A stretch of 64,000 nucleotides of DNA from assembly GCA_026707445.1 (NCBI GenBank), contig JAPOWV010000016.1:6758-70757 (forward strand), in the 5' to 3' direction. This DNA comes from Gammaproteobacteria bacterium. GTDB lineage: Bacteria > Pseudomonadota > Gammaproteobacteria > Steroidobacterales > Foliamicaceae. The notes under the pieces were generated by a model that saw nothing but the letters and a program-made list of their open reading frames with translations, did no database searches and was not told the origin of the DNA. This document shows positions 56,465-64,000 of this stretch, one piece after another. Each line of letters starts with the position of its first letter. Positions within the stretch are counted from its first letter, which is position 1. The translations under genes and the position numbers were made by a program.

Positions 56465-58672
56465 TTAAACGGCGGCTTTGACCAGTGTCGGGCGGGGTTT
56501 GTCTTCCGCGGCGGCAGGGTCCCCGGTGTCGGGGAACAGTTCGCCGGGCATGGCCGGCCGCGACTCCCGCAGGGCGCTGCCCCGGCCGGAAAGGCTGGGG
56601 TTGGTCATAAACCAGGTGTGGGCGCTGAAATCGCCCGATTGATGGTCAAGCCGGCGGTAGGCGCCGTCGGGTTCGAGTTGCCAGCTCTGCATCACGTCGA
56701 AGCGGTTCGCCATCAGGACCTGCTCCACGAGCTGCCGCTTGACCGTTTCGTTCTCGATCGGCACCAGCGTCTCCACTCGATGGTGCAGGTTGCGGGGCAT
56801 CCAGTCGGCGGACGATACGTAAACTTTGCTCTCGGTGGAAGGAAGCCGGTGGCCGGCGCCGAAACACATGACGCGGGAGTGCTCCAGGAACCTGCCGACC
56901 ATGCTGCGCACCTGGATGTTCTCCGACATGCCGGGCACGCCCGGGCGCAGGCAGCAAATGCCCCGAACGTAGAGTTCGATCCGCACGCCGGCCTGGCTCG
57001 CGTGGTAGAGACAGTCGATGATCTCGGGGTCCACCAGTGAGTTGAGTTTGGCCCAGATCTCCGCCGGACGCCCGGCGCGGGCATGGGCGACTTCGTCTTC
57101 GATCAGCTCGACCAGGGTGTTCTTCAGTTCGGCGGGCGCATAAACCAGCTTTTCCATGTCCTCCGGAGTCGCGTAGCCTGTCATGTAATTGAAAAGGCGC
57201 GCGGTATCGCGCCCCAGCGCCGCGTCGCAGGTGAAGAAGCTGAGGTCCGAGTAAACGCGCGCGTTGACCGGATGGTAGTTGCCGGTGCCGAAATGGGTGT
57301 AGGTCCGCAGTTTTCCCGCTTCCCTGCGCACCACCAGCGAGACTTTGGCGTGGGTCTTGAGTTCCATGAAGCCGTAGACCACCTGCACGCCGGCGCGCTC
57401 CATCTCCTGTGCCCAGCGGATGTTCGCCGCTTCGTCGAAGCGCGCCCGAAGCTCGACCATGGCGGTGACCAGCTTGCCGGCCTCGGCGGCGGCGATCAGC
57501 GCCTCGACGATCGGCGAGTCCTCGGAAGTGCGGTAGAAGGTCTGCTTGATCGCCACGACCGCCGGGTCCTCGGTGGCGCGGCGCAGGAATTGCACGACCA
57601 CGTCGAAGCTCTCGTACGGATGCTGCACGACGAAGTCCTTGGCCCGTATCGCGGCGAGGATGTCGCCGCCATATTCGCGGACCCGTTCGGGGAAGCGCAC
57701 GTTGAGCGGCTCGTGCTGCAGGTCGCGGCGCTGGTCCGTGATGATCTGCTTGATGTCCGCCAGCCCCAGCATGCCGTCGATGTTGAAGACGTGCGCGTGC
57801 GAGGCATTGAACGCCTTGAGCACGAACCGGCGGAAGTTCTTCGGCATGCCGGCCGCCACCTCCACGCGGATGACGTTGCCCCTGCGCCGCCGAAGCAGGG
57901 CGCTCTCGAAGGTACGCACCAGGTCTTCGGCTTCCTCGTCGATTTCAAGGTCGCTGTCACGGCTGATGCGGAAGATGCCGTGGCCCAGGATCTTCATGCC
58001 GGGGAACAGCAGCCTGAAGTTGCGGGCGATGATTTCCTCGACGGCGACGAAGCGCAGGGCCTTGCCGGGGACCCGCACGAACCGCTCGATCTGGGGCGGC
58101 ACCAGCACCAGGCCGTTGATCTCGTGCTTGTCCGCGGGCCGCATCAGCCGCAGCACGTACACCAGGCAGCCGGTCTGAATGAAGGGGAAGGGGTGCGCCG
58201 TGTCGACCGCCTGGGGGGTCAGTACCGGAAACAACTGGTTTTCGAACCATCGCGACAGCCACTCGCGGGACCGCTCGCCCAGTTCCTCGGGTTTTACCAC
58301 CGCCACTCCGGCATCGCGGCATTCGGCCAGCAATTGTGCGCTGCGCCTGGATTGGGCCTTGAGGAGCTTCTTTACCTGTTCACGTATGGCTTCGAGTTGT
58401 TCGCCGGGGGTCAGTCCGTCATCGCTGGTCTTCGTGACGCCCGCAGCCACCTGCGCCATGAGGCCGGCCGCGCGCACCATGTAGAACTCGTCGAGGTTGC
58501 TGGCCGAGATGGACAGAAACCGCACGCGCTCCAGCAGCGGGTGGTTCTCGTTGCCGGCTTCCTCCAGCACCCGCGTGTTGAATTCCAGCCAGGACAGTTC
58601 GCGGTTGATCAGGCGGCCGGCGACGCGTTCCGCCTCGCTGAGCGCCCGTGGCTTGCCGGACGCAGGCGTCAT
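56465..58672 (-). CDS. ppk: Polyphosphate kinase 1
   Basis: RLINRELSWLEFNTRVLEEA, FLSISASNLDEFYMVR, and two PLD-like HKD regions (TGNYHPVNARVYSDL; FLEHSRV). The start is ATG 58672, or 58732 for the longer ORF. Confidence 0.93.
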   Translation of the reverse strand: MTPASGKPRALSEAERVAGRLINRELSWLEFNTRVLEEAGNENHPLLERVRFLSISASNLDEFYMVRAAGLMAQVAAGVTKTSDDGLTPGEQLEAIREQVKKLLKAQSRRSAQLLAECRDAGVAVVKPEELGERSREWLSRWFENQLFPVLTPQAVDTAHPFPFIQTGCLVYVLRLMRPADKHEINGLVLVPPQIERFVRVPGKALRFVAVEEIIARNFRLLFPGMKILGHGIFRISRDSDLEIDEEAEDLVRTFESALLRRRRGNVIRVEVAAGMPKNFRRFVLKAFNASHAHVFNIDGMLGLADIKQIITDQRRDLQHEPLNVRFPERVREYGGDILAAIRAKDFVVQHPYESFDVVVQFLRRATEDPAVVAIKQTFYRTSEDSPIVEALIAAAEAGKLVTAMVELRARFDEAANIRWAQEMERAGVQVVYGFMELKTHAKVSLVVRREAGKLRTYTHFGTGNYHPVNARVYSDLSFFTCDAALGRDTARLFNYMTGYATPEDMEKLVYAPAELKNTLVELIEDEVAHARAGRPAEIWAKLNSLVDPEIIDCLYHASQAGVRIELYVRGICCLRPGVPGMSENIQVRSMVGRFLEHSRVMCFGAGHRLPSTESKVYVSSADWMPRNLHHRVETLVPIENETVKRQLVEQVLMANRFDVMQSWQLEPDGAYRRLDHQSGDFSAHTWFMTNPSLSGRGSALRESRPAMPGELFPDTGDPAAAEDKPRPTLVKAAV

Positions 58673-58762
58673 TTGCGTGTTCCGGGATGGCGTGGAATGT
58701 GCCCCATGAACGGAGTAGCATACAGGAGTCATGAGTATTCACGCAGTCCCGGGAGCGAGCGC

Positions 58763-59299
58763 ATGAAGCGCCTGTGGCTGCTGCGGCATGCCAAGGCGGG
58801 GCCGTATTCCGTCGACGATTTCGAGCGGGCGCTGGCCCCCAGGGGCCGGAAGAACGCGCCGGCGATGGGTGAGAAACTGGCGGCCGTGGGATGCGCTCCC
58901 GAGAGGATCCTCTGCTCCGCCGGGCGGAGGGCGGTGGAGACGATGTGCGGTGTCCTGCCCAGCCTTCCCGCCGATCTCGGCATCAAGGTCACGCGAAGGC
59001 TGTACACCTTCAGCCCGGGGGCCGTGTTGCAGTGTCTGCGCGAACTGCCGGGGGATACCGGCGACGTCATGGTGGTGGGCCATAACCCGGCACTGCAGGA
59101 ACTGGCGCTGTACCTGGCAGGCCGGGGCGAAGAGGAAGCTTTCGCGGTGCTCCATGGCAAGTTTCCCACCTGCGCCGTGGCCGAGCTGGAGTTTCCTGAG
59201 TCGCCGCACGCGACGGACTGGGACGAAGGCAGCGCATATCTTCGGCGCGTACTGACGCCCCGCCCCCCGCGGTACCTGCGGGCTCCCCTGGTTGACTAG
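58763..59299 (+). CDS. Histidine phosphatase superfamily protein, SixA-like phosphohistidine phosphatase
   Basis: ATG at 58763 gives MKRLWLLRHAKAG (the RHA/G motif)...ERALAPRGRK...MVVGHNPALQEL. It is only the last 178 codons of the 738-aa track ORF, whose remainder is antisense to ppk. Confidence 0.8.
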   Translation: MKRLWLLRHAKAGPYSVDDFERALAPRGRKNAPAMGEKLAAVGCAPERILCSAGRRAVETMCGVLPSLPADLGIKVTRRLYTFSPGAVLQCLRELPGDTGDVMVVGHNPALQELALYLAGRGEEEAFAVLHGKFPTCAVAELEFPESPHATDWDEGSAYLRRVLTPRPPRYLRAPLVD

Positions 59300-59309
59300 C
59301 GAGCAATCG

Positions 59310-60107
59310 ATGAGAAGACAGTTACCGGTCGAATTCGTTTTTCAGCTTTTCTCGCTGTTCCTGTCGGTGATCCTGGTACACGCCATGTACGTGGCCTGGA
59401 TCCGCCCGCAGGCCAACGCGGTCATGGAAGAGCAGCGGATACAGCTGGAACAGGACGCCGACTACGTGCCCGAACGCTCCCTGTACGTGATCGTGCGCGA
59501 TTTCGAGCAGGAGGCCTGCCTGATCCTGGCGCTTTGGGCGCTGGCGATCATGGGCTACAAGGCCCGCGGGGCGCTGCGCGAACGCTCGCTGCTGCAGCGC
59601 GATCTGCTGCCGCTGGCGGAAGGGGTTCGCATCCTGCCGGAGGACACCCGCGAGCACGCGCGCCAATTGCGTGCGCTGCCGGAATCGCAACAGCGCCTGC
59701 TGTTGCCGCGGGTATTGCTCAGCGCGCTGCAGCGATTCGGCGCGACGGGCAATGTGCAGGACGTCTCTTCGGCCACCCAGACGCTGGTCAACGCTGAGGC
59801 CGAGCGGCTGGAATCGGAACTGTCCATGATCCGGTATATCGCATGGGCGATACCCTCGATCGGCTTTATCGGTACCGTGCGCGGGATCGGCCAGGCGCTG
59901 ACGCTCGCCTACCGGGCCGTGGAAGGCGACATCAGCGGCGTGACCGAGAGCCTGGGCGTGGCCTTCAATTCAACCTTCTTTGCCCTGCTGGTCAGCATTT
60001 TCATCATGTTTCTGGTCCACCAGCTTCAATTGTTGCAGGAGCGACTGGTCTTCGAGACCTCGGATTACTGCGACGAACGGCTGATCCGCCGCCTGCAGGG
60101 CGACTGA
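59310..60107 (+). CDS. MotA/TolQ/ExbB-family proton channel protein
   Basis: Four predicted TM helices. The C-terminal signature is LSMIRYIAWAIPSIGFIGTVRGIGQAL...GVAFNSTFFALLVSIFIMFLVHQL. The start is ATG 59310 (TTG 59292 is possible), 10 nt after the sixA-like stop. Confidence 0.8.
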   Translation: MRRQLPVEFVFQLFSLFLSVILVHAMYVAWIRPQANAVMEEQRIQLEQDADYVPERSLYVIVRDFEQEACLILALWALAIMGYKARGALRERSLLQRDLLPLAEGVRILPEDTREHARQLRALPESQQRLLLPRVLLSALQRFGATGNVQDVSSATQTLVNAEAERLESELSMIRYIAWAIPSIGFIGTVRGIGQALTLAYRAVEGDISGVTESLGVAFNSTFFALLVSIFIMFLVHQLQLLQERLVFETSDYCDERLIRRLQGD

Positions 60108-60126
60108 GCCTGGAGATAGCCAAGGC

Positions 60127-61539
60127 ATGGCGCTGGTCGCGCTGGAGGTCAACGGAGCGGCGCTGGTAGGCGCTACCGCCGCCGGCGTGCTGTTCAACGA
60201 GCCGGGCGTTGCGCTGGTGCAAAAGCGGCGCGTGGCGTTCGGGCGCGCAGCGGTCGAAGAGGCGCGACGGGACCCCGCAAGCGGTTACCGGAATTACTGG
60301 GAACTGCTGTCGGATGACCCCCTGCCCAGGCCGGCGCGGGGATTTCGCAGCTATGCGGACCTGGCCCACGGGCATATGCAGGGGCTTTGGAAGCGCTTCC
60401 GGGATGCGGTGGGAGACATAAGCGGTGTGGTCCTGGTCATTCCCGCCGGCGTCGCGGAAGACCGCCTTGCGCTGCTGCTGGGGATCGCCGAGGAAGCCGG
60501 ACTGCCCGTTGCCGGGCTGGTTGAAAGCGGAGTGGCCGCGGTGCGTGGCGCCGCCGCGGGCCGCGCCTGCCTGCACATTGAAGCAACCGCCGAACGACTG
60601 GCGGTATCCCGGCTCATCCCGCATGACGGGCGAATCCGGCGCGAGGAGATCCTGTTCGACGGCCGTCCCGGATTGCGTCACCTGCGGGCGGCGATGACCG
60701 CACACGTGGCCGGACGGTTCGTGGCGGGTTCCCGCTTTGACCCGCTGGACCTGCCCGCCACCGAGCAGGAGCTGGCCGGGCAACTCGACTCGTGGCTTGA
60801 GGCGGTCCTGGCCGGCGGCGAACTCGCGATCGAACTTGAAGCGGCGCCGGTGACCGCTACCGCGGTCCTGGGCCGCGATGACTTCCTTGCTTCGATCGAA
60901 CGCTTGCTGGGGGCCCCGGGAAATCGTCTGCGATCCTGGTGCACGGGTCCGGGGGCCGCGGACGTATACCTGTCGGGGACGCTTGCAGAGGTTCCCGGCT
61001 GCGCCGAGGTGTTTGCCCGCCTGCTCGCCGCCGAGGTCCAGGTCCTGCCGGCGGGCGCTGCGGCGCTGGGCGCGCTGGAGCGTTTCGTTCCGGTGGTCGG
61101 CGCGGGGGATCGATATGTGCTGCTCAAGTCCCTGCCGGCCGTGGACTCGGCGGGCGGCCCGTACGGGACACGCACTGCCCGGCCGGATGCCGGCGCCTCG
61201 CCGGCCGGCGGAGACGGGGAAACGGGAGAACGGACGCCGACGCATGTCGTGTTCGGTGGCCGGGCCTGGCGCATCGGCGCCGAAGGCCTGCATCTGGGAT
61301 CGTCGCCGCAACCCGGGGGCCTGTCGATCGTGCTCTCGCCGGAAGGCGGGATTTCGCGTAACCACTGCACCGTGGTGCTGGAGAACGGGCAGGCGGTGTT
61401 GCATGACCACAGCCGTTACGGAACCAGCCTGAACGGCGCGCCGGTGGCCGATTCGGCGCCACTGCGCGGCGGCGACGTGGTGGGCGTGGGGCCGCTGGAG
61501 TTCCTGATCACGCGCGAGGTGGGCGGCGATGGCCCGTAG
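60127..61539 (+). CDS. Degenerate Hsp70/actin-fold protein with a C-terminal FHA domain
   Basis: The N-terminal ~330 aa follow the Hsp70-type pattern (VVLVIPAGVAEDRLALLLGIAEEAGLPVAGLVESGVAAV; DVYLSGTLAEVPG), but the phosphate-1 DxG motif is replaced (VALEVNGAAL). The C-terminus is a canonical FHA (GISRNHCTVV, HDHSRYGTSLNGAPV, LRGGDVVGVGPLEFLI). Confidence 0.7.
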   Translation: MALVALEVNGAALVGATAAGVLFNEPGVALVQKRRVAFGRAAVEEARRDPASGYRNYWELLSDDPLPRPARGFRSYADLAHGHMQGLWKRFRDAVGDISGVVLVIPAGVAEDRLALLLGIAEEAGLPVAGLVESGVAAVRGAAAGRACLHIEATAERLAVSRLIPHDGRIRREEILFDGRPGLRHLRAAMTAHVAGRFVAGSRFDPLDLPATEQELAGQLDSWLEAVLAGGELAIELEAAPVTATAVLGRDDFLASIERLLGAPGNRLRSWCTGPGAADVYLSGTLAEVPGCAEVFARLLAAEVQVLPAGAAALGALERFVPVVGAGDRYVLLKSLPAVDSAGGPYGTRTARPDAGASPAGGDGETGERTPTHVVFGGRAWRIGAEGLHLGSSPQPGGLSIVLSPEGGISRNHCTVVLENGQAVLHDHSRYGTSLNGAPVADSAPLRGGDVVGVGPLEFLITREVGGDGP

Positions 61540-62626
61540 GCGCTTTCACGTATTCAGCATGTCGTTTCTGGACATCATTTCCTGCGGCTTCGGCGCGGTC
61601 GTGCTGTTCTTCGTGATCATCAACGCCCAGGTGCGCCTGCGGGCCGATGCCGAGCGCATCGATCTGCTCAGCGAATCCACACGGCTGGAAGAGGAGGTCC
61701 TGGAAGGGCGAAAGGACCTGCTGCAGTTACGCGGCGAGCGCGACACGCTCGACGAGCGCCGCGCCACGGCAATCGAGGAGTTGAGAAAGCTGCGCGAACG
61801 CCTTGCCGCCTTGCTGGCGGAGCTGGCGGAATACGAGCGCCTGGGGACGCAAAGCCAGGAGTCGGTCGAGCGGCTTCGGGTCGACGTGGACCGGCTCAGG
61901 GAAATGCAGGCGGAACTTGAGGCGCGGGTCGCCGAGGCGGAGGAAGGAACGGGGCAGCGGGTGCGTGGCTTTGAAGGCGAGGGCGCGCGGCAATACCTGA
62001 CGGGCATGCAGATGGGTGGCGACCGCGTAATGATTCTCGTGGATGCGTCCGCCAGCATGCTGGGGCGCACCTATATCGACGTCTTGCGGTTTCGCCTGAT
62101 GGACGAGGAACTCAAGCCCCGGGCTCCCAAATGGGTCCAGGTCGTGAATTCGGTGGACTGGATCACCACGCGTCTGGAGCCGCAGCAGAGATTTCAGGTC
62201 TACATCTTCGGGGTGGAGCACAGAAGCATCCTCGAGGGCACGGACGGCGAGTGGCTGAGCGTGGCCGACGGGGCGCGGGTAGGCGAAGCGATCGAGGCCC
62301 TGCGCAATTTTGCGCCGAGGGGCGGGACCAGCCTGCATGCGGCGATGCGCGCCATCCGCGCCATGCAGCCGCTGCCGGACAATGTGTACCTGTTGACCGA
62401 CGGACTGCCGACGCAGGGCGCCAGTCCTCCCTCGCGGGTCGGATGGGTGGATACGCGGGCGCGCGAGCGGTTCTTTACCCGCGCGGTGCGCGACCTGCCC
62501 TCGGGGATTCCGGTCAATGTGCTGTTCTACCCGATGGACGGGGACCCGGCCGCGACCGGCTACTACTGGCTGATGGCTTCGCAGTCCCGGGGATCGTTCG
62601 TCAGCGTTTCCCGCGACTGGCCCTGA
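61529..62626 (+). CDS. ExbD/TolR/MotB-like single-pass membrane protein fused to a periplasmic coiled coil and a vWA domain
   Basis: 11-nt overlap with the upstream gene. A basic N-terminus plus a TM helix with a lone Asp (MARRRFHVFSMSFLDIISCGFGAVVLFFVI). About 100 aa of E/R/L-rich heptad-like sequence follow. The vWA domain has a MIDAS (DRVMILVDASASM ... GGTSL ... VYLLTDG). Confidence 0.7.
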   Translation: MARRRFHVFSMSFLDIISCGFGAVVLFFVIINAQVRLRADAERIDLLSESTRLEEEVLEGRKDLLQLRGERDTLDERRATAIEELRKLRERLAALLAELAEYERLGTQSQESVERLRVDVDRLREMQAELEARVAEAEEGTGQRVRGFEGEGARQYLTGMQMGGDRVMILVDASASMLGRTYIDVLRFRLMDEELKPRAPKWVQVVNSVDWITTRLEPQQRFQVYIFGVEHRSILEGTDGEWLSVADGARVGEAIEALRNFAPRGGTSLHAAMRAIRAMQPLPDNVYLLTDGLPTQGASPPSRVGWVDTRARERFFTRAVRDLPSGIPVNVLFYPMDGDPAATGYYWLMASQSRGSFVSVSRDWP

Positions 62627-62639
62627 ATACTCGCCGGCG

Positions 62640-62751
62640 CGCTGGCGCTGCTGCACGGCCCTTCCGGGAGACGCATAAATCCATCCATGGAGCTTGGTTC
62701 CGCCATCCCTGGCTCACACACTCCCTGAAGGGCCGTGCAGCAGCGCCAGCG
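62640..62751 (+). repeat. Structured repeat, copy B: 31-bp inverted repeat (1 mismatch) around a 50-nt loop, with a conserved 70-nt core (62661-62730) shared with copy A
   Basis: The left arm cgctggcgctgctgcacggcccttccgggag (62640-62670) pairs with the right arm 62721-62751, except for one C/T opposition (62665/62726). The loop is acgcataaatccatccatggagcttggttccgccatccctggctcacaca. It starts 13 nt after the vWA-gene stop. Confidence 0.85.
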
Positions 62752-62814
62752 AACATTGCAAGCTGTTCCATGCGGGGCCGCCGTAGCGAAAACTGCGGGA
62801 TAATGCGCGGCGGT

Positions 62815-63606
62815 ATGGACTTGCAGTTGAACGAAAAGGTTGCGCTGATTACCGGAGCCACCGGTGGTTTGGGTGCAGCCTGCGCGCGTGAACTGGCTCG
62901 CGAGGGTGCAATGTTGTTTCTCTGCGCCCGCACGGAGAGCGATCTTGGGGAACTGGCGGGGGAACTGAGCAGGGCCGGTTGCGAAAAGGTGCGCTGGCAC
63001 GCGGCGGACCTGACTTCCCCCGAGGCGGCGGGCAGGGTTGCAGCTTCCGCGGAAGAGGCCTTCGGCAGGGTGGACGTGCTGGTGAACTGCGCCGGGGCGT
63101 CGGCAGGCGGTCTGTTCTGGGAAATACCGGATTCGGCCTGGGAGGACAGCATGGCGCTCAAGTTCATGGCCACCATCCGGATGATCCGCGCGGTGCTGCC
63201 CGGAATGATCGAGCGGCGCTACGGGCGAATCGTGACCCTGGTGGGCAATTCGGGGCGCGAACCGGACCCCCGCATGCTGCCGGGCGCCGCGGCGAACGCC
63301 GGTTTGCTCGCGGTCACCACCGGACTGGCGCGGGAGGTGGCCGAACACGGCGTGGTCATCAACGCCGTCAATCCCGGTCCCACGAGGACGGGCCGCTGGG
63401 AGGGCATGATGGAATCGTTCGCCGCCCGCAGCGGGAAGACGCCCGGGGAGGAAGAACAGAGTTTCCTCGATGCGATTCCCCAGAAGAGGTTGGGAACGAC
63501 CGGCGAAATCGCCCGGCTGGTTACATTTCTGGCGAGCGACGCCGCCCCGCACGTTACCGGGCGCTCGATTACGGCCGACGGCGGGGCTGCCCGCGCAATT
63601 CTTTGA
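62815..63606 (+). CDS. Short-chain dehydrogenase/reductase (SDR) family oxidoreductase
   Basis: ALITGATGGLGAACA (the TGxxxGxG motif), NCAG, and a C-terminal ITADGG. The start is ATG 62815 or 62803. Confidence 0.85.
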   Translation: MDLQLNEKVALITGATGGLGAACARELAREGAMLFLCARTESDLGELAGELSRAGCEKVRWHAADLTSPEAAGRVAASAEEAFGRVDVLVNCAGASAGGLFWEIPDSAWEDSMALKFMATIRMIRAVLPGMIERRYGRIVTLVGNSGREPDPRMLPGAAANAGLLAVTTGLAREVAEHGVVINAVNPGPTRTGRWEGMMESFAARSGKTPGEEEQSFLDAIPQKRLGTTGEIARLVTFLASDAAPHVTGRSITADGGAARAIL

Positions 63607-63627
63607 TTTTCAGCGGCATTGAATCTC

Positions 63628-64000
63628 ATGGATAAGGAACAACTGACCGAAATCCGGGAGGCGGTGCAAGCTGTGTGCGCCGACTTCCCGGGGGAGTACT
63701 GGCGCGAACTGGACCGCGAGCGGGCCTATCCGACGGAGTTCACGCGGGCCATGACCGAGGGCGGCTTCCTGGGCGCGCTGATCCCGGAGGAGTACGGCGG
63801 CAGCGGCCTGGGTCTGGTGGCGGCCACGGCGATTCTGGAGGAGATACACCGCTCGGGCTGCAACGCCGGCGCCTGCCACGCGCAGATGTACACGATGGGC
63901 ACGGTGCTTCGTCACGGCAGCAGGGAACAGAAGCAGCGCTGGCTCCCGGGCATAGCCTCGGGCGATCTGCGCCTGCAGGCTTTTGGCGTCACGGAACCGG
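63628..64000 (+). CDS. Acyl-CoA dehydrogenase family protein, 3'-truncated by the window edge
   Basis: My own translation from ATG 63628 is MDKEQLTEIREAVQAVCADFPGEYWRELDRERAYPTEFTRAMTEGGFLGALIPEEYGGSGLGL...QKQRWLPGIASGDLRLQAFGVTEP, an ACAD N-terminal domain pattern. The frame is open to the window end. Confidence 0.8.
   Translation, partial: MDKEQLTEIREAVQAVCADFPGEYWRELDRERAYPTEFTRAMTEGGFLGALIPEEYGGSGLGLVAATAILEEIHRSGCNAGACHAQMYTMGTVLRHGSREQKQRWLPGIASGDLRLQAFGVTEP

Noticed and set aside
57083-58762. The N-terminal 560 codons of the 738-aa + strand ORF 57083-59299
   Set aside because: This part is antisense to the well-supported ppk1 gene. Only the last 178 codons (from ATG 58763) give a recognisable SixA-like protein.

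Overview
High-GC chromosomal segment, visibly about two thirds G+C. Its synteny looks gammaproteobacterial: rpsP-rimM-trmD-rplS, bcp/gcvR/dapA plus a lipoprotein, and ppk-ppx. I call about 65 protein genes and one tRNA-Ser(GGA). I found no rRNA, CRISPR array, transposase or integrase.

Most of the window is housekeeping or ordinary accessory metabolism:
- a 5'-truncated dnaE2 and the S16 ribosomal operon
- a TatT-associated TRAP transporter, followed by a PQQ sugar dehydrogenase
- sppA and an ABC pair
- two tandem alpha/beta-hydrolase paralogs
- a complete SufU/SufT-type SUF operon with an Rrf2 regulator
- class I aldolase, NCS1 and NCS2 permeases, a BepA-like protease, amiD, GST, an esterase, a PQQ dehydrogenase, tpm, a DUF4139 protein
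- a dadA-like/lldD-like/dehydratase operon, and ppk1-ppx

Four things stand out:
1. A tightly coupled three-gene module at 59.3-62.6 kb. It encodes a MotA/ExbB-type proton channel, a degenerate Hsp70-fold protein ending in an FHA domain, and an ExbD/TolR-like single-pass protein whose periplasmic part is a coiled coil plus a vWA domain. I do not recognise this as a described system.
2. A five-gene envelope/signalling operon at 47.2-54.9 kb. It encodes a Gly/Ser/Met-repeat lipoprotein, a second lipoprotein, a non-RD Ser/Thr kinase, an FHA-PEGA-FGE-domain protein and a small exported acidic protein. This kinase is the only one in the window that could supply phospho-Thr for the FHA domains.
3. 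Two copies (25.64 kb and 62.64 kb) of a conserved ~70-nt core. Each is embedded in a long, locus-specific, nearly perfect inverted repeat just downstream of a stop codon.
4. A small, lower-GC toxin-antitoxin islet at 21.3-23.2 kb. One PIN toxin there is paired with a 279-aa protein carrying a T5orf172/GIY-YIG-like middle domain and an antitoxin-like tail, rather than with a normal small antitoxin.

All family assignments come from motif recognition by eye. No database search was run.
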